Shown: piece after piece, positions 19,335-29,416 of the stretch
How the letters are laid out: the number at the start of each line of letters is the position of its first letter
Numbering within the stretch: position 1 is the first letter of the stretch
Source of the DNA: Candidatus Kapaibacterium sp.
GTDB lineage: Bacteria > Bacteroidota > Ignavibacteria > Kapaibacteriales > UBA2268
DNA: 64,000 nucleotides
Reading direction: 5' to 3'
NCBI GenBank assembly: GCA_963665665.1
Contig: OY762428.1
Span: 5,184,001 to 5,248,000 of the forward strand
Translations under genes and position numbers: made by a program
Notes under the pieces: generated by a model
Databases searched by the model: none
The model's input: only the letters and a program-made list of their open reading frames with translations
What the model was told of the DNA's origin: nothing

Positions 19335-19778
19335 TTAATAATTTATCTTAATGACCTGTTCAACTTGTTTGTCCTTTACTTCAAAACACGCGTCGTCGAA
19401 GTCCGGAATACCCATTCCGAGGAATGCTTTTGCATTGTTCGAGCAAGCCCAGCCTTCGCTGGGAAGGCCAAGAAAAGTCTTATCCATTTTCTTGTTTCCG
19501 TTTTCATCATGATGAACTGTAAAAGCATACTTGCCTGGTTTAAGCCCTGCGAAAAGGAATTCGGCCTGCATATCATCAAGATCGAAATCATTAATATATT
19601 TCATAGCTTTTTTTGAATTAGTAGGATAGCCGTCCTCGCTATTAAAAATGTGGCAAACCACCCAGCCGTTTGAATTTCTGAGCCCGTTCACCACGACATG
19701 AACCGAGCCGGTTGAACCAGCGCCGGTGTCAGACGGAGCTATGAGCAGCAACACAAATAAATATATTATTATATTCAT
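19335..19778 (-). CDS. DUF2141 family exported protein
   Basis: Signal peptide; PGKYAFTVHHDENGNKKMD...GLPSEGWACSNNA. Confidence 0.85.
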   Translation of the reverse strand: MNIIIYLFVLLLIAPSDTGAGSTGSVHVVVNGLRNSNGWVVCHIFNSEDGYPTNSKKAMKYINDFDLDDMQAEFLFAGLKPGKYAFTVHHDENGNKKMDKTFLGLPSEGWACSNNAKAFLGMGIPDFDDACFEVKDKQVEQVIKINY

Positions 19779-20476
19779 TTCTCATCCTTTAAAAATTTTT
19801 CGGCTTTATCAATATCTTTAATATGGTCAACATCAATTATCTTTGAAAATTCAAAGGCTTTAACTTTAAGTTGTCTTTCAAGAAGCATTCTCTGAAAATT
19901 TCTGAGCATGTGAATTCCTTTGTCAAAACATTCATTCAGAACATCAATAACTGTCGGAGCGAAGTAATATATTCCTCCGGATACAAGGCTTGTATCTTCC
20001 CGATCATCCGGGAATGCCGTTATATCATGGAATTGATTGGTTCTTATATATAGCGGCTTTTCGTCGTCGATATAGGGGGTTGCAGCCATAACAGCATCAT
20101 AATCGTCAAGATTTCTTGCGTAATTGATGTAACTGCTAAACTCTTTTTCCCTGAAAACGGTGTCAACAGTAAACAGGCAGAAATAATCGTCTTTCAGCCA
20201 ATCTCTCATTTCATACAGGCTGTGCATAGAACCGGGTGTATTCTTAACGAGAAGATTGATATTCATTCCATTTGTTATTTTTTTAATGTGTTTCTCCAGG
20301 GTTTCCGAATTTCCATTGATAATAATTGAAAGGCTGTTATAATCAAATTTTGATATTAGTTGTATCAGTCTTTCTATCATCGGAATGCCGTTGAGTTTTA
20401 CTAAACCTTTTGGTTTATTAAGGCCTTCATTGTTGAGCCTGGAACCCAACCCCGCTGCGAGAATGGCGAAATTCAT
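19775..20476 (-). CDS. NTP transferase (putative inositol-phosphate cytidylyltransferase)
   Basis: MNFAILAAGLGSRL...PKGL and IDVD. Start placed at ATG 20476; the track's upstream extension to 20575 crosses a palindromic operator. Confidence 0.85.
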   Translation of the reverse strand: MNFAILAAGLGSRLNNEGLNKPKGLVKLNGIPMIERLIQLISKFDYNSLSIIINGNSETLEKHIKKITNGMNINLLVKNTPGSMHSLYEMRDWLKDDYFCLFTVDTVFREKEFSSYINYARNLDDYDAVMAATPYIDDEKPLYIRTNQFHDITAFPDDREDTSLVSGGIYYFAPTVIDVLNECFDKGIHMLRNFQRMLLERQLKVKAFEFSKIIDVDHIKDIDKAEKFLKDEK

Positions 20477-20511
20477 ATTTAACCTGTTAATATATCTAAA
20501 TGATTTAACAT

Positions 20512-20539
20512 AAAAGATTAACCAATTGGTTAATCTTTT
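20512..20539. promoter_or_regulatory. Perfect 28-bp palindrome, probable operator of the inositol-lipid operon
   Basis: AAAAGATTAACCAATTGGTTAATCTTTT, 35 bp upstream of the operon's first ATG. Confidence 0.7.
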
Positions 20540-20760
20540 TTTTTTCAATTTACAATTTTTTTTTAATACCAGCAAAACATTTTTAACTGAATGGTTAAAT
20601 AATATTTATAATATATGTATTACTTTCACTTAAAACATATAATAAACTACATAGGTATAAATAGTATACATAAGAGTATAAAAATTTCTGTCCGATAAAA
20701 ATTATTAACGGATTTTCACTATTCCGACTATGCAGAATATTTTATTTTATTACCTGACTT

Positions 20761-21393
20761 CTATCTTTTAACCAAGCCATTCATGGTAATATCCATGAAA
20801 ACTTTTGAAATTCGTTCAAAATCGGAATCTGAATGATCACCCATGATCAATGCGTCAAAAAAGACGTGAGTTAAAATTATATAAGCATCAATATCGATAT
20901 CTTCTCTTATAATGCCATCTTTTTGGCAATCGTCCATAAAATTTTTGAATATTTCATGGCTGACTTCATCTTTCTGTTTCAATTCTTTCTTAAGCAAAGG
21001 ATATTCTATTGACACATCCTTTGCAAATCTTCTCGTAAAACCACTGAATCGCTTCGGAATATCGTTGAACAATATTTCAAGTTTTTCTTTATTAGTTTTG
21101 TTGCTTGAAATAATTTTTTCAATAGCTGCTTTATTATCTAACATGCCGCTCAGAAAAAGTCTGGATATCAGATTTTCCTTGCTGCCTATAATCGCATATA
21201 ATGTTTTCTTTGCAAGACCACTGTTCCTGGCAAGATCGTCCATATTCCAGCCTTTTATGCCATATTTCTCGATTAATTCCAAAGCGTTCTCATAAACAAC
21301 TTCTTCGTATTCTTTGTTATTAACTTTTTTCATCCTTCTCGCACCTTGCTTATACTGTCTCGTTTCATTTAGTGTAAGATACGAATTTTCCAT
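20761..21393 (-). CDS. TetR/AcrR-family regulator
   Basis: ALELIEKYGIKGWNMDDLARNSGLAKKTLY HTH; GGAG upstream of 21393 (alternative start 21333). Confidence 0.88.
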   Translation of the reverse strand: MENSYLTLNETRQYKQGARRMKKVNNKEYEEVVYENALELIEKYGIKGWNMDDLARNSGLAKKTLYAIIGSKENLISRLFLSGMLDNKAAIEKIISSNKTNKEKLEILFNDIPKRFSGFTRRFAKDVSIEYPLLKKELKQKDEVSHEIFKNFMDDCQKDGIIREDIDIDAYIILTHVFFDALIMGDHSDSDFERISKVFMDITMNGLVKR

Positions 21394-21454
21394 AGTAACT
21401 CCAAAAAAGTATTTTTATTTTAAATTATTTTCAAATCATTAAAAAAAATTCTTT

Positions 21455-22798
21455 TCAATACCTGGCTGTTGCAACTAAATAATTAGCCTGCTTGATTTTA
21501 TAGTTAGCTTTTGCATCTGTAAGATCATTAAGCGTAGACTGGTGAATTGCCCTGGCTTCAAGGAGGTCGGAAGTAGTTACTATTCCGGCATCGTAATTGT
21601 CCTGTATTACTTTCAGGTGTTCTTCTGCCTGAAGTACTGATGCTTCGGCAACTTTTATTTGCTGAAAACTATCGAACAGGTCGCGGTATGATTTTTCAAT
21701 CTGCAGGGCAATCAGTTCGGATTTTTCCTCCAGATTATTTTTTGCAATTTCAATTTCAATTTCTTTTTCCTCGATTTCATGCGAACCTCCCCACCAGTCA
21801 GAGATTGGGACACTAAGGTTGACCATTCCTATTAAATTTGAACTTTCCGTATCCATAATATCAAGATAAAGCGCCTGTGCCCCAATGCTTAATTGCGGAT
21901 AATATTCTCCGGCCTGAATATCTTTCTGTAAATTCCCGGCTTCAACAGCCATGTTCAGCAGCTGTATTTCATTTCTTGATTTAAGTGCTCCGGGATGGTC
22001 TGTTTTTATTGTTTCAGGAGCAGGGGTGTCAAATACCGGGGTGCTGATATCGAATTCTTCTGAATATTCAACCCCGATATGCTGTGCAAGGCTCATTTTC
22101 AGTAGTGTTGTACCGTTTGTTAATTTAATTTTGTTTGCATTTATTTTGCTTATTTCAAGCTGAACTTTCAGCAGGTCGCTTTTTTGTACAAGTCCTGCGT
22201 GCAATGCTGTTTGAACATCGGATTCAAGTGTTTTCAATAGTTTTTCATAACTCAGCAGCGTGTTCATCTTTTCTTCCAGGGACCTTATAGTCCAGAAGTA
22301 ATTCTCAGTTCGGAGCAGGACTTCATCAATAGTCAGCAGAGATTTCTTCTTTTTGATATCAATAGCAAGGCCTGCAAGTTTGTTGGCATTTCTTATACGT
22401 CCTCCTGCATATATTGGCTGAATTATATTAACAGCAGCAAGATTTGTGTAGTCAAGCAGCTCCAGTTTCATACCCGGAAAATAAGCAAATTCTGTTGCAG
22501 TACGCAAGTTAGCCGGGTTGCCGTCGTAAACCGGTAGGTTCATTTCGGGTACTTCAGCTTCAAGTAACGGGTCCATAGCTTTCATTACAGTTGCATTTGC
22601 ACTTATATTGGGATAATATTTCGTGTATGCCGATTTTTTAACTTCTTCAGAAGCTTTTATTTCGTAATTACTTTCCCTGATCTTTTTATTGTTTTCCAAT
22701 GCATATTTTTTGCATATTTCCAGGCTTAATTCTTCTGCAGAAATATTTACCGCCATAGATACTATTAACACTAAAAAAACTGATATTTTATTAAACAT
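21455..22798 (-). CDS. TolC-family outer-membrane efflux protein
   Basis: Signal peptide; LSLEICKKYALENN, YYPNIS, QPIYAGG and YYPQLS...VPISDW. Confidence 0.92.
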   Translation of the reverse strand: MFNKISVFLVLIVSMAVNISAEELSLEICKKYALENNKKIRESNYEIKASEEVKKSAYTKYYPNISANATVMKAMDPLLEAEVPEMNLPVYDGNPANLRTATEFAYFPGMKLELLDYTNLAAVNIIQPIYAGGRIRNANKLAGLAIDIKKKKSLLTIDEVLLRTENYFWTIRSLEEKMNTLLSYEKLLKTLESDVQTALHAGLVQKSDLLKVQLEISKINANKIKLTNGTTLLKMSLAQHIGVEYSEEFDISTPVFDTPAPETIKTDHPGALKSRNEIQLLNMAVEAGNLQKDIQAGEYYPQLSIGAQALYLDIMDTESSNLIGMVNLSVPISDWWGGSHEIEEKEIEIEIAKNNLEEKSELIALQIEKSYRDLFDSFQQIKVAEASVLQAEEHLKVIQDNYDAGIVTTSDLLEARAIHQSTLNDLTDAKANYKIKQANYLVATARY

Positions 22799-22814
22799 TT
22801 TTATTCCTTGCCTA

Positions 22815-25800
22815 TTATATACTTACATTCTCAGGTTCAATTTCTTTTTGCGATGTTGTCTTCCAGTAGAGTACGGGGACTACAAACAGAGTTTGCAACA
22901 TACCGAATATCAGGCCAAAGCAGATAACAGCACCGAGCGGGCCCCATAGTGGCGAATTGCTGATTATCATTGGTACAACGCCAATTGCGGCTGCCATGGA
23001 AGTCAGAAATATTGGTCTCATTCTGCGCCTGCCTGCTGCAATTCCGGCTTCCATAAAGCTCATCCCGTCTTTTTCCACGAGTTGCATTGCGTAATCAACC
23101 AGTATTATTCCATTCCTGACAGTTATTCCCATTAATCCTATTAACCCTATAAAAGATGTAACTCCAAAAGGATAGCCTACTATTAACAGCCCTAAACTAA
23201 CGCCAAATAAGCTTAGCAACATCGTTGACATAATTAAAAGTGACCTGCGTATTGTTTTAAACTGGAATAAGAGAATGAAGAATATCAATACAATACTTGT
23301 TGCTAAAGCTTTACCCATAGGTACAAATACTTCCAGTCCCATTTCTTTTTCACCACCGTACACGATATTAACACCCTGGGGTAATTTAATTGATTCAATT
23401 GCTTCATGGACTTCATTGAATACTTTTGAGTAGATAACAGCTCTCTCAATATCTGCCTGCACAGTAATAGTTCTGACTCCGTTTCTCCTTACAATTTGTC
23501 CTTCGGTCCATTCCGGATGTAAAGTTGCTACAGACCTTAGCGGAAGTGATTCCATTGTAAAAGGAGAAACAACATATTGATTTTCAACATCTTTTATATC
23601 GTTTTTAAATTCTTCTTCATTTGAAAGGACCACTTCAACAGGATAGTCACCTTCCCATACTGTAGTCACAGGAAGTCCGCTAAGTGCGGTCATCAAAGAA
23701 GTGGAAACAAAAGTTTTGGTATAACCCATACGGTTTGCTTTGTCCCTGTCAAGCTCTACCTGGATACCCCGTCTTTTTTCAAGCCAGTCGGTTCTTATCC
23801 ATGTTGTTTTCTCATTTCTGTCAAGAATACCGGAAACTTCAGAAGCCACTTCTTTGATTTCCCTTATATTATCTCCGGAAATTCGAATTTCGATAGGAGC
23901 GGGGAAACTTTCCATAGCAATTTGTTTCCATTTAATGTGGGCCTGCGGGAAGATGTCTCTGTACTTTTGGCTGTATTCGTCAAGTACTTCAACTGTTGCA
24001 TTGTTTGATACTGTATTTACCAGTATCTGCCCGTAATTTTTCGCCGGCATGTGAGGTGCGTATAAATCGTGAAACCTTGGCGATCCGCTGCCGACAAAAC
24101 TTGCTACATTGGTAATCCTTTTGTCATCCATAAGAATATTTTCAAGGCTGTCAATTACTGTTTCTGTTTGTTCCAGGGAATATCCCTCCGGAAGATAAAC
24201 TTCAACTGCGAACTGCATCCTGTCCATCGAAGGAAATACCTGCATATCAATATTTTTAAACATAATTATTGCGATTAAAACCGATAATACACCGGAAAAA
24301 ATTGTTGTTTTGGGCCATCTGAATGCAAGATCGAGTATCTTATCGTATTTTTCCTGAACTATGTCCAGAAAGCTTTTTTTATTTTTTGTTTTGGAACTGT
24401 CGTGCAGCCCTTTTTTTATAAATATGAAGCAGATTACCGGCACAAGGAGTATTGCGATGATTAATGATATTCCAAGAGCAATACCGATTGTTAACGGAAA
24501 ACTACCTACAAAATCACCAGCCATTCCCACAAGGAACATCATCAATGGAAAAAAAGCAGCACATATTGCAGCTGTAGCCGAAAGGACTGGTATATACAGG
24601 TCGGTTGCTGCTTTCCAGGCCGCATCCCATGGAGAATCCCCGTGATCGAGTTTTTCAACATGGTTGTCTATTATCACTATTGCGTTATCCACAACCATGC
24701 CCAGAACAACTATAAGCCCGGCAAGTGAGACGGTATCGAGTTGTATACCAACCATCTGCATGATTCCAAGTGTGATCATAATTGTTATTGGGATAGTAAC
24801 TGCTGCAACCGATGCTATCCTGAATGGCAAAAGGATCATCGTAACAATTATAACTGCAAGCACTGCTATCAAAAATTCTTTCAGAAAATGACTTATTGAG
24901 TTATCAACCACTTCACCCTGATTTGATATTATATTCAAATCAATTTTTCCCGAATATTTTGAAGAGAAATTATCAAGTATTGTTTCTACTTCTTCGCTGA
25001 ACTCGACAATATTTCTTCCGAGCTGCATTTCCAGGGATAAAAGAAGAGCATTTTTTTTGTTATTTCGAATATAACTGTCTGGCTTATCGTATTTTCTTTC
25101 TACTCTGGCAATATCTTTCAGTCGAATTACATTTCCCATAGGATCTGAATATACGATCTGCTCTTCAAGGTCTTTTACAGATTCAAAACGGGGTGGAAGG
25201 TGAACAGGCATTGTCAGAACATTATTATCCAACATTCCTGCATAATTGAGTGCATCCTGTATTTTAAATGATGCAAGAATACTCGTTGGATTTACAGAGT
25301 ATTCGTTTAATTTTTCAGGTTTTGTATAAATAAATATTTTTTCTTTTTGCTCTCCGTATTTTTTAATTTTCGAAACTGATTCAAGTTTACGGATTTCAGT
25401 TTCCAGCTCTTCCATTGAATCTTCAAGTTCCCGGTAATCTTTGCTTTCCGATGACATAGTAACAAGTAGGGCGGAGGTATCGCCAAAATCATTTGTACCA
25501 AACAGGGCAAGCACACCTGATGGAAGTTTCATTTTAAGTTCCTCAAGCCCATGCCTGAGCTTGGACCAAAACTGGTCTGAATTTTCGACGTCGTCATTTA
25601 GTTCCACGAAAACTATCATCATTCCTTCGCGGGACTGGGAATAAGTTTTCTCTTTGTTGATTTCCTTGTAGCCAAAAAGATAATTTTCAACATCTTTAGT
25701 AAGCTGCTGCTCAACTTCCAGAGAAGTTGCCCCGGGATATACTCCTATAACAAGGCCCTGGCGTATAGTAAAATGAGGAAATTCATTTCTTGGCATTGTT

Positions 25801-25901
25801 GCAAGGGAAAAACCTCCGATAATCATCATTACCAGAACAATTGATATTATAACCTGGCGGTATTTCATTGATAATTCTATCAGATTCTGCTTTTTCATCA
25901 T
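22815..25901 (-). CDS. AcrB/AcrD/AcrF-family RND efflux permease
   Basis: 1028 aa; GMVVDNAIVI, NGIILVD and RRRMRPIFLTS. Confidence 0.95.
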   Translation of the reverse strand: MMKKQNLIELSMKYRQVIISIVLVMMIIGGFSLATMPRNEFPHFTIRQGLVIGVYPGATSLEVEQQLTKDVENYLFGYKEINKEKTYSQSREGMMIVFVELNDDVENSDQFWSKLRHGLEELKMKLPSGVLALFGTNDFGDTSALLVTMSSESKDYRELEDSMEELETEIRKLESVSKIKKYGEQKEKIFIYTKPEKLNEYSVNPTSILASFKIQDALNYAGMLDNNVLTMPVHLPPRFESVKDLEEQIVYSDPMGNVIRLKDIARVERKYDKPDSYIRNNKKNALLLSLEMQLGRNIVEFSEEVETILDNFSSKYSGKIDLNIISNQGEVVDNSISHFLKEFLIAVLAVIIVTMILLPFRIASVAAVTIPITIMITLGIMQMVGIQLDTVSLAGLIVVLGMVVDNAIVIIDNHVEKLDHGDSPWDAAWKAATDLYIPVLSATAAICAAFFPLMMFLVGMAGDFVGSFPLTIGIALGISLIIAILLVPVICFIFIKKGLHDSSKTKNKKSFLDIVQEKYDKILDLAFRWPKTTIFSGVLSVLIAIIMFKNIDMQVFPSMDRMQFAVEVYLPEGYSLEQTETVIDSLENILMDDKRITNVASFVGSGSPRFHDLYAPHMPAKNYGQILVNTVSNNATVEVLDEYSQKYRDIFPQAHIKWKQIAMESFPAPIEIRISGDNIREIKEVASEVSGILDRNEKTTWIRTDWLEKRRGIQVELDRDKANRMGYTKTFVSTSLMTALSGLPVTTVWEGDYPVEVVLSNEEEFKNDIKDVENQYVVSPFTMESLPLRSVATLHPEWTEGQIVRRNGVRTITVQADIERAVIYSKVFNEVHEAIESIKLPQGVNIVYGGEKEMGLEVFVPMGKALATSIVLIFFILLFQFKTIRRSLLIMSTMLLSLFGVSLGLLIVGYPFGVTSFIGLIGLMGITVRNGIILVDYAMQLVEKDGMSFMEAGIAAGRRRMRPIFLTSMAAAIGVVPMIISNSPLWGPLGAVICFGLIFGMLQTLFVVPVLYWKTTSQKEIEPENVSI

Positions 25902-25931
25902 TTCTCGCTTCTTTTTTCCAAATAAATTATT

Positions 25932-26966
25932 CTATAAACTGATTTCTGTTTTACCATTTAACTTATCCTGTCCGTCTATCAGCACCTGGTCTCCTTCGGA
26001 TAATCCCGATTTAACTTCAATGTCGTTGTTACAAAAAATTCCGGTTTTAATATCCTGTCTGATTATTTTATTAGTTTTTGTATCTACCATGTAAATATAT
26101 TTATCATTATTTTCATCCTTAAGCACGGCCTTATAGGGGATAGTAAGAGCCATATCGCTGGCGCTTGTCTCAAGATTAACATCGCAGGCCATACCCGGTT
26201 TGATTTTATGCCCGGGATTATCCACAACAATTTTTACTTCGTATGTTTTGGATACGGGGCTTGCCATTACGCCTATCTTATCTACTATTCCGGTGGCGTT
26301 ATCAATTCCGGCAGCAGGGATTGATATATTAGCTTTATCTCTTGTGCTTATCCTTGATATTTCATTTTCCGGAACTGATACTTTTACATATATTCTATTA
26401 ATATCAACAAGTTCGAAAACAGGAATACCCGGAGCTGCGTTAGATCCAATCTCAATATTCCTTGAGCCAATAACACCTGCTACAGGTGCTTTCAATAAGC
26501 AGTCGTCCAGGTTTTCTTTAGCAATATTACTGGTTGATTTTGCCTGCTGAAGTTTCGATACAACTTCTTCCCATTTAATGTCCGGCAGGCTTCCGTTCTC
26601 ATGAACTTTCCTGAGTCTTTCGTGGGCGTCTTCAGCCTGCTCAAGCATGGCAAGTGAAGCATCGTATGAATTCTGCATAGTGGTTTTGTCTAAAATAGCC
26701 AAAGTTGCTCCTGCAGATACCATGTCTCCAATATCCACCTTTATTTCATGAACGGAGCCTGGTATGCTAAACCCAAGAGAGGTTTTCTTGAATGGCTCGG
26801 CTACGCCACTATATTCAAATTTATTAGATCGATATTTCATCTTGGCTTTAACTGTCTGAATTTTTATCTTTTCGTTCTTTCTGGTTAATTGACTGCTTTC
26901 ATCAGTTCCGCAGGAACTAATTAAAAATGAAATAAGAACACTTGTAAATATGATTTTTGCCTTCAT
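25932..26966 (-). CDS. RND efflux membrane-fusion (periplasmic adaptor) lipoprotein
   Basis: Lipobox ISSC; LKAPVAGVI and VKSGLSEGDQV. Start set at ATG 26966 (AGGA upstream). Confidence 0.92.
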   Translation of the reverse strand: MKAKIIFTSVLISFLISSCGTDESSQLTRKNEKIKIQTVKAKMKYRSNKFEYSGVAEPFKKTSLGFSIPGSVHEIKVDIGDMVSAGATLAILDKTTMQNSYDASLAMLEQAEDAHERLRKVHENGSLPDIKWEEVVSKLQQAKSTSNIAKENLDDCLLKAPVAGVIGSRNIEIGSNAAPGIPVFELVDINRIYVKVSVPENEISRISTRDKANISIPAAGIDNATGIVDKIGVMASPVSKTYEVKIVVDNPGHKIKPGMACDVNLETSASDMALTIPYKAVLKDENNDKYIYMVDTKTNKIIRQDIKTGIFCNNDIEVKSGLSEGDQVLIDGQDKLNGKTEISL

Positions 26967-27074
26967 GAAAATAGTCCTTCGTAAATCGTATATAAAAATA
27001 TTATTCAAATTTTATCGATAATCAGAAAATATCAAAAATCTTTTAGCTGAATTAGTGTAAATTACTTAAAGAAT

Positions 27075-27103
27075 ATAATACTATATTAGTATTTTAGTCG
27101 AAT
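27075..27103. promoter_or_regulatory. Probable TetR operator copy upstream of the RND pump
   Basis: ACTA-N5-GTATT-TTAGTCGAAT aligns with the site at 27784-27814; the left half-site is degenerate. Confidence 0.5.
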
Positions 27104-27118
27104 TAAGTACAAAAAAAA

Positions 27119-27703
27119 TTAACAGATCAATTTTGGTATCAATTTATCTACAGTATTTTTCAATTTTTCGGTATCAAAGCCTTTTTCCCTGATAGTTGAG
27201 TATTTAACTATACCAATAAAAGCTGCATATAATATTTCAGATGTCCATTCGATATCGTCTTTTTCGATAGTTTTAATTTCACCAATGTCATATCCGTCTT
27301 CAAGAAGCCTTTGAATATAAGACCTCTCATATTCCATTATACGGTCGAAATACTCCTGACCCTTACGGCTGATGTTTACTTCCTTTTTCAGGATTGAATA
27401 AAGGTTCAACTTATTCAATACCTCGGTATGGAATTTTATGAGATATGTTGATACCTTATCCTGGACTGTAATAGCCTTATCAACTTCCTGTTTGACCATT
27501 CTGCGAAGGTTAGTTATTTCCTTTTCAATAACGCTTTTGAATACTTCCTCCTTGCTTTTGAAATAGTGATAAAGCGTGCTTTTCCCCTTACCGCATTCTG
27601 CGGCAATTTCGTCCATTGTAGTTTTTTTAAGTCCGAATTTCCTGAATAAATGCTGTGCAGCAGATATTATTTCATCCTTAACTATTTCGTCTTTCGATCT
27701 CAT
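27119..27703 (-). CDS. TetR/AcrR-family regulator of the RND pump
   Basis: AAQHLFRKFGLKKTTMDEIAAECGKGKSTLYHYFKSKEE. Confidence 0.93.
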   Translation of the reverse strand: MRSKDEIVKDEIISAAQHLFRKFGLKKTTMDEIAAECGKGKSTLYHYFKSKEEVFKSVIEKEITNLRRMVKQEVDKAITVQDKVSTYLIKFHTEVLNKLNLYSILKKEVNISRKGQEYFDRIMEYERSYIQRLLEDGYDIGEIKTIEKDDIEWTSEILYAAFIGIVKYSTIREKGFDTEKLKNTVDKLIPKLIC

Positions 27704-27783
27704 ATCTTCTCTAAATCAATGTGAATTTCTTTTCGAAACAAAATTACATTTTTATTTACGAACATACAAGACAAATGTTGTAA

Positions 27784-27814
27784 TATTCGACTAAAAATGT
27801 ATTATGGTCGAATA
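27784..27814. promoter_or_regulatory. Probable TetR autoregulatory operator
   Basis: TATTCGACTA-N11-TGGTCGAATA inverted repeat (1 mismatch) upstream of tetR. Confidence 0.6.
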
Positions 27815-28075
27815 ATAATAATCCAATTTTGGGGGAAGATCATTGCTTTTAAAAATAATTAAATTGATAATAACAGCAAATACAAGGAAATTTATGATAT
27901 ATGTATGATTGTCTGACAAGATAAAAAGTCTCAATCAAAAAAATTCTCCTAAATATCTAATAATATTATGTTATTTTGAGTTTTAATATCAATATTAAAA
28001 GTAAAAAAAATTAGCCTGTTAACATATTCGATTTTAAATTGCATTTTAGAATTGTGACATATTATTGAAATTGTT

Positions 28076-29413
28076 ATGAAATATACTATTATTGGAGCGG
28101 CAAGAAGCGGTATGGCTGCCGCAATACTTGCAAAAGAACTCGGACATGATGTTTTCCTGACAGAATCGCAAGCAATTGAAAAACATGAAGAATCGGTTAG
28201 GAAACTTGACAGAAAGGGAATTGGTTACGAATTTGGAGGAAACAGCGATAAAGCACTTGAAAATACTGACTGTATCATCACTTCTCCCGGAGTACCCCCG
28301 ACAGCGGATATCATTATTAAAGCTGAAAAAGCCGGCATTCCTATTATCAGCGAGCTGGAATTTGCCTACAATCAGATAGATAATCCTATTATTGCCATTA
28401 CAGGAACCAACGGAAAAACGACAACAACAGCGCTAACCGAATTTATTTTTAATAATTCCGGAAGAAAAGCTATTGCCGTGGGAAACATCGGCAGGCCGCT
28501 CTCGTCAGTTGTTCTCGGGCTTGAGCCTGATGTTGTAATTGTTGCGGAGGTAAGCAGTTACCAGCTTGACCGTATAGATAAATTTGCTCCGGACGTGGCA
28601 ATAATAACCAATATTACACCCGATCATATAAGTTATCACGGTAGTTTTGAGAATTATCAACAGGCTAAGTGGAAAATTTCTTCTAAACAAATTGCGAAAA
28701 ATTTGTTAATTTTAAATGCAGATGATGAGTTTGCTTCACAACCGAAGATAAATATCGAAGCAACTCTTGCCTGGGTTTCATTGTCGCCTCTTGAAAGGGG
28801 GATCTTCAAGGACGACGGAAAGATGAAAATCAGGTTTCCGGAACAGCATAAAACGGAGGAAGTAATGTTTTTCGACGAACTAAGCCTGCCCGGCGTTCAT
28901 AACGCCTATAATTCTATGGCAGCAGCTCTGGCAGCAAGAGCTTTCGAGATCAGCAACGAAGATATCCGCGACAGCCTGATGACCTTCAAAGGCGTGGAAC
29001 ACCGCCTTGAATTCGTGCGTACTATCGGAGGGGTGGATTTTGTGAACGACACAAAGGCTACCAACATTAACGCATGCTGGTATGCCCTGCAAAGCTATAA
29101 AAAGCCTCTTATATGGATTGCAGGCGGAAGGGGTGACAATAACGACTACAGCGCCCTGGATCAGCTTGTAAAAGATAATGTAAGAGCTATTATCGCCATA
29201 GGCGAAGAGCAGGATGCAATTTTTAATCATTTCTGCGCAAGTTCCCGCTGCATTAAAGCCGACGATCTTGAAGACGCTGTTATCAAAGGTTTTTCAGAAG
29301 CAGATAACGGCGATATTGTTCTTTTATCGCCGTCATGCAAATCATTTGATATGTTCATGAGTTTCGAGCACAGGGGCTTCGAATTCAAGAAAATTGTTAA
29401 CAACCTGAAGTAA
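28076..29413 (+). CDS. murD: UDP-N-acetylmuramoyl-L-alanine--D-glutamate ligase
   Basis: SPGVP, ITGTNGKTTT, EVSSYQL, NITPDH, EHRLE, NDTKATN and LLSPSCKSFD. Confidence 0.96.
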   Translation: MKYTIIGAARSGMAAAILAKELGHDVFLTESQAIEKHEESVRKLDRKGIGYEFGGNSDKALENTDCIITSPGVPPTADIIIKAEKAGIPIISELEFAYNQIDNPIIAITGTNGKTTTTALTEFIFNNSGRKAIAVGNIGRPLSSVVLGLEPDVVIVAEVSSYQLDRIDKFAPDVAIITNITPDHISYHGSFENYQQAKWKISSKQIAKNLLILNADDEFASQPKINIEATLAWVSLSPLERGIFKDDGKMKIRFPEQHKTEEVMFFDELSLPGVHNAYNSMAAALAARAFEISNEDIRDSLMTFKGVEHRLEFVRTIGGVDFVNDTKATNINACWYALQSYKKPLIWIAGGRGDNNDYSALDQLVKDNVRAIIAIGEEQDAIFNHFCASSRCIKADDLEDAVIKGFSEADNGDIVLLSPSCKSFDMFMSFEHRGFEFKKIVNNLK

Positions 29414-29416
29414 GCA

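Noticed and set aside
17549-20476. Di-myo-inositol phosphate (compatible solute) pathway
   Set aside because: The enzyme families are compatible, but the flippase-like and lipid-transport genes favour a lipid product; not fully excluded.
20477-20575. N-terminal extension of the NTP transferase given in the ORF track
   Set aside because: It crosses a perfect palindrome and poly-T; the family motif starts at ATG 20476.
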